NCBI RefSeq assembly: GCF_900128955.1
Contig: NZ_FQTY01000005.1
Span: 125,856-149,855 of the forward strand
Length of the DNA: 24,000 bases
DNA from: Tissierella praeacuta DSM 18095
GTDB taxonomy: Bacteria > Bacillota > Clostridia > Tissierellales > Tissierellaceae
Direction of reading: 5' to 3'
The notes under the pieces are model-generated. The model did no database searches, was not told where the DNA came from, and saw only the letters and a program-made list of their open reading frames with translations. Within the stretch, counting starts at the first letter, position 1. Each line of letters opens with the position of its first letter. The translations under genes and the position numbers were made by a program. Positions 23,776 through 24,000 of the stretch are shown piece by piece.

Positions 23776-24000
23776 TAAAGCTTGGATTAAATTGAATGGG
23801 ATACTTAATAATATTAAACAATAAATATTCAGAAAGAACTATGAAAAATATAGACTTTGATATAAAAACAATAATTCTTCTTGAAATAGACATTGATAAT
23901 ATGGACTTAAGCTCTATATTGTTTAATACTATAGATAATGCAATAGAAGCTTATCTAAATTATAGTGGGAAATAAATATATTTATTTAGAGTTATATCCA
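23776..24000 (+). pseudogene. Second decayed copy of the AgrC-like kinase gene (runs to the window end)
   Basis: 23.80-24.00 kb aligns with 22.56-22.77 kb of the intact kinase (..DFDIK..IDIDNMDLSSILFNTIDNAIEAYLNYSG..). A 2-nt deletion (GGGAAATAAATAT versus GGGAAGAATAAATAT) creates an in-frame TAA. Upstream domains are missing. Confidence 0.7.

Overview
AT-rich, low-GC Firmicute (Clostridia-like) chromosomal segment. The left part (1-13.4 kb) is metabolic and metal-homeostasis DNA. It holds the 5' end of a copper-type P-type ATPase behind a CsoR-like operator. A five-gene minus-strand operon follows (SDR, GcvPA-like, GcvPB-like, ATP-NAD-kinase-like, NhaC-family transporter), driven by a clear sigma-54 -24/-12 promoter and paired divergently with a sigma-54 enhancer-binding protein. 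Next come a Fur-boxed feoA-feoB-feoC-like operon and pncB behind a long leader that contains a terminator. The right part (14.4-24 kb) is an accessory island built around an agr-type quorum-sensing system: agrB-agrD lie at 14.4-15.2 kb and a LytTR regulator plus AgrC-like kinase at 21.0-23.0 kb. This system has been duplicated and partly decayed. The agrB promoter/5' region occurs three times and kinase-gene debris occurs twice. One promoter copy drives the intact agrBD. The second reads through agrB debris into an AgrD-like peptide and a secreted 128-aa protein. The third reads through agrB debris into a radical SAM/SPASM enzyme, three small genes for (Gly-Cys)n-repeat peptides sharing an MEI[VIL]R[ND]-type N-terminus (two are absent from the ORF track), and an ABC exporter. 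This apparently quorum-sensing-wired, Cys-Gly-repeat RiPP-like cluster is the most interesting system in the window. All functional calls are made by eye from motifs; no database search was possible.
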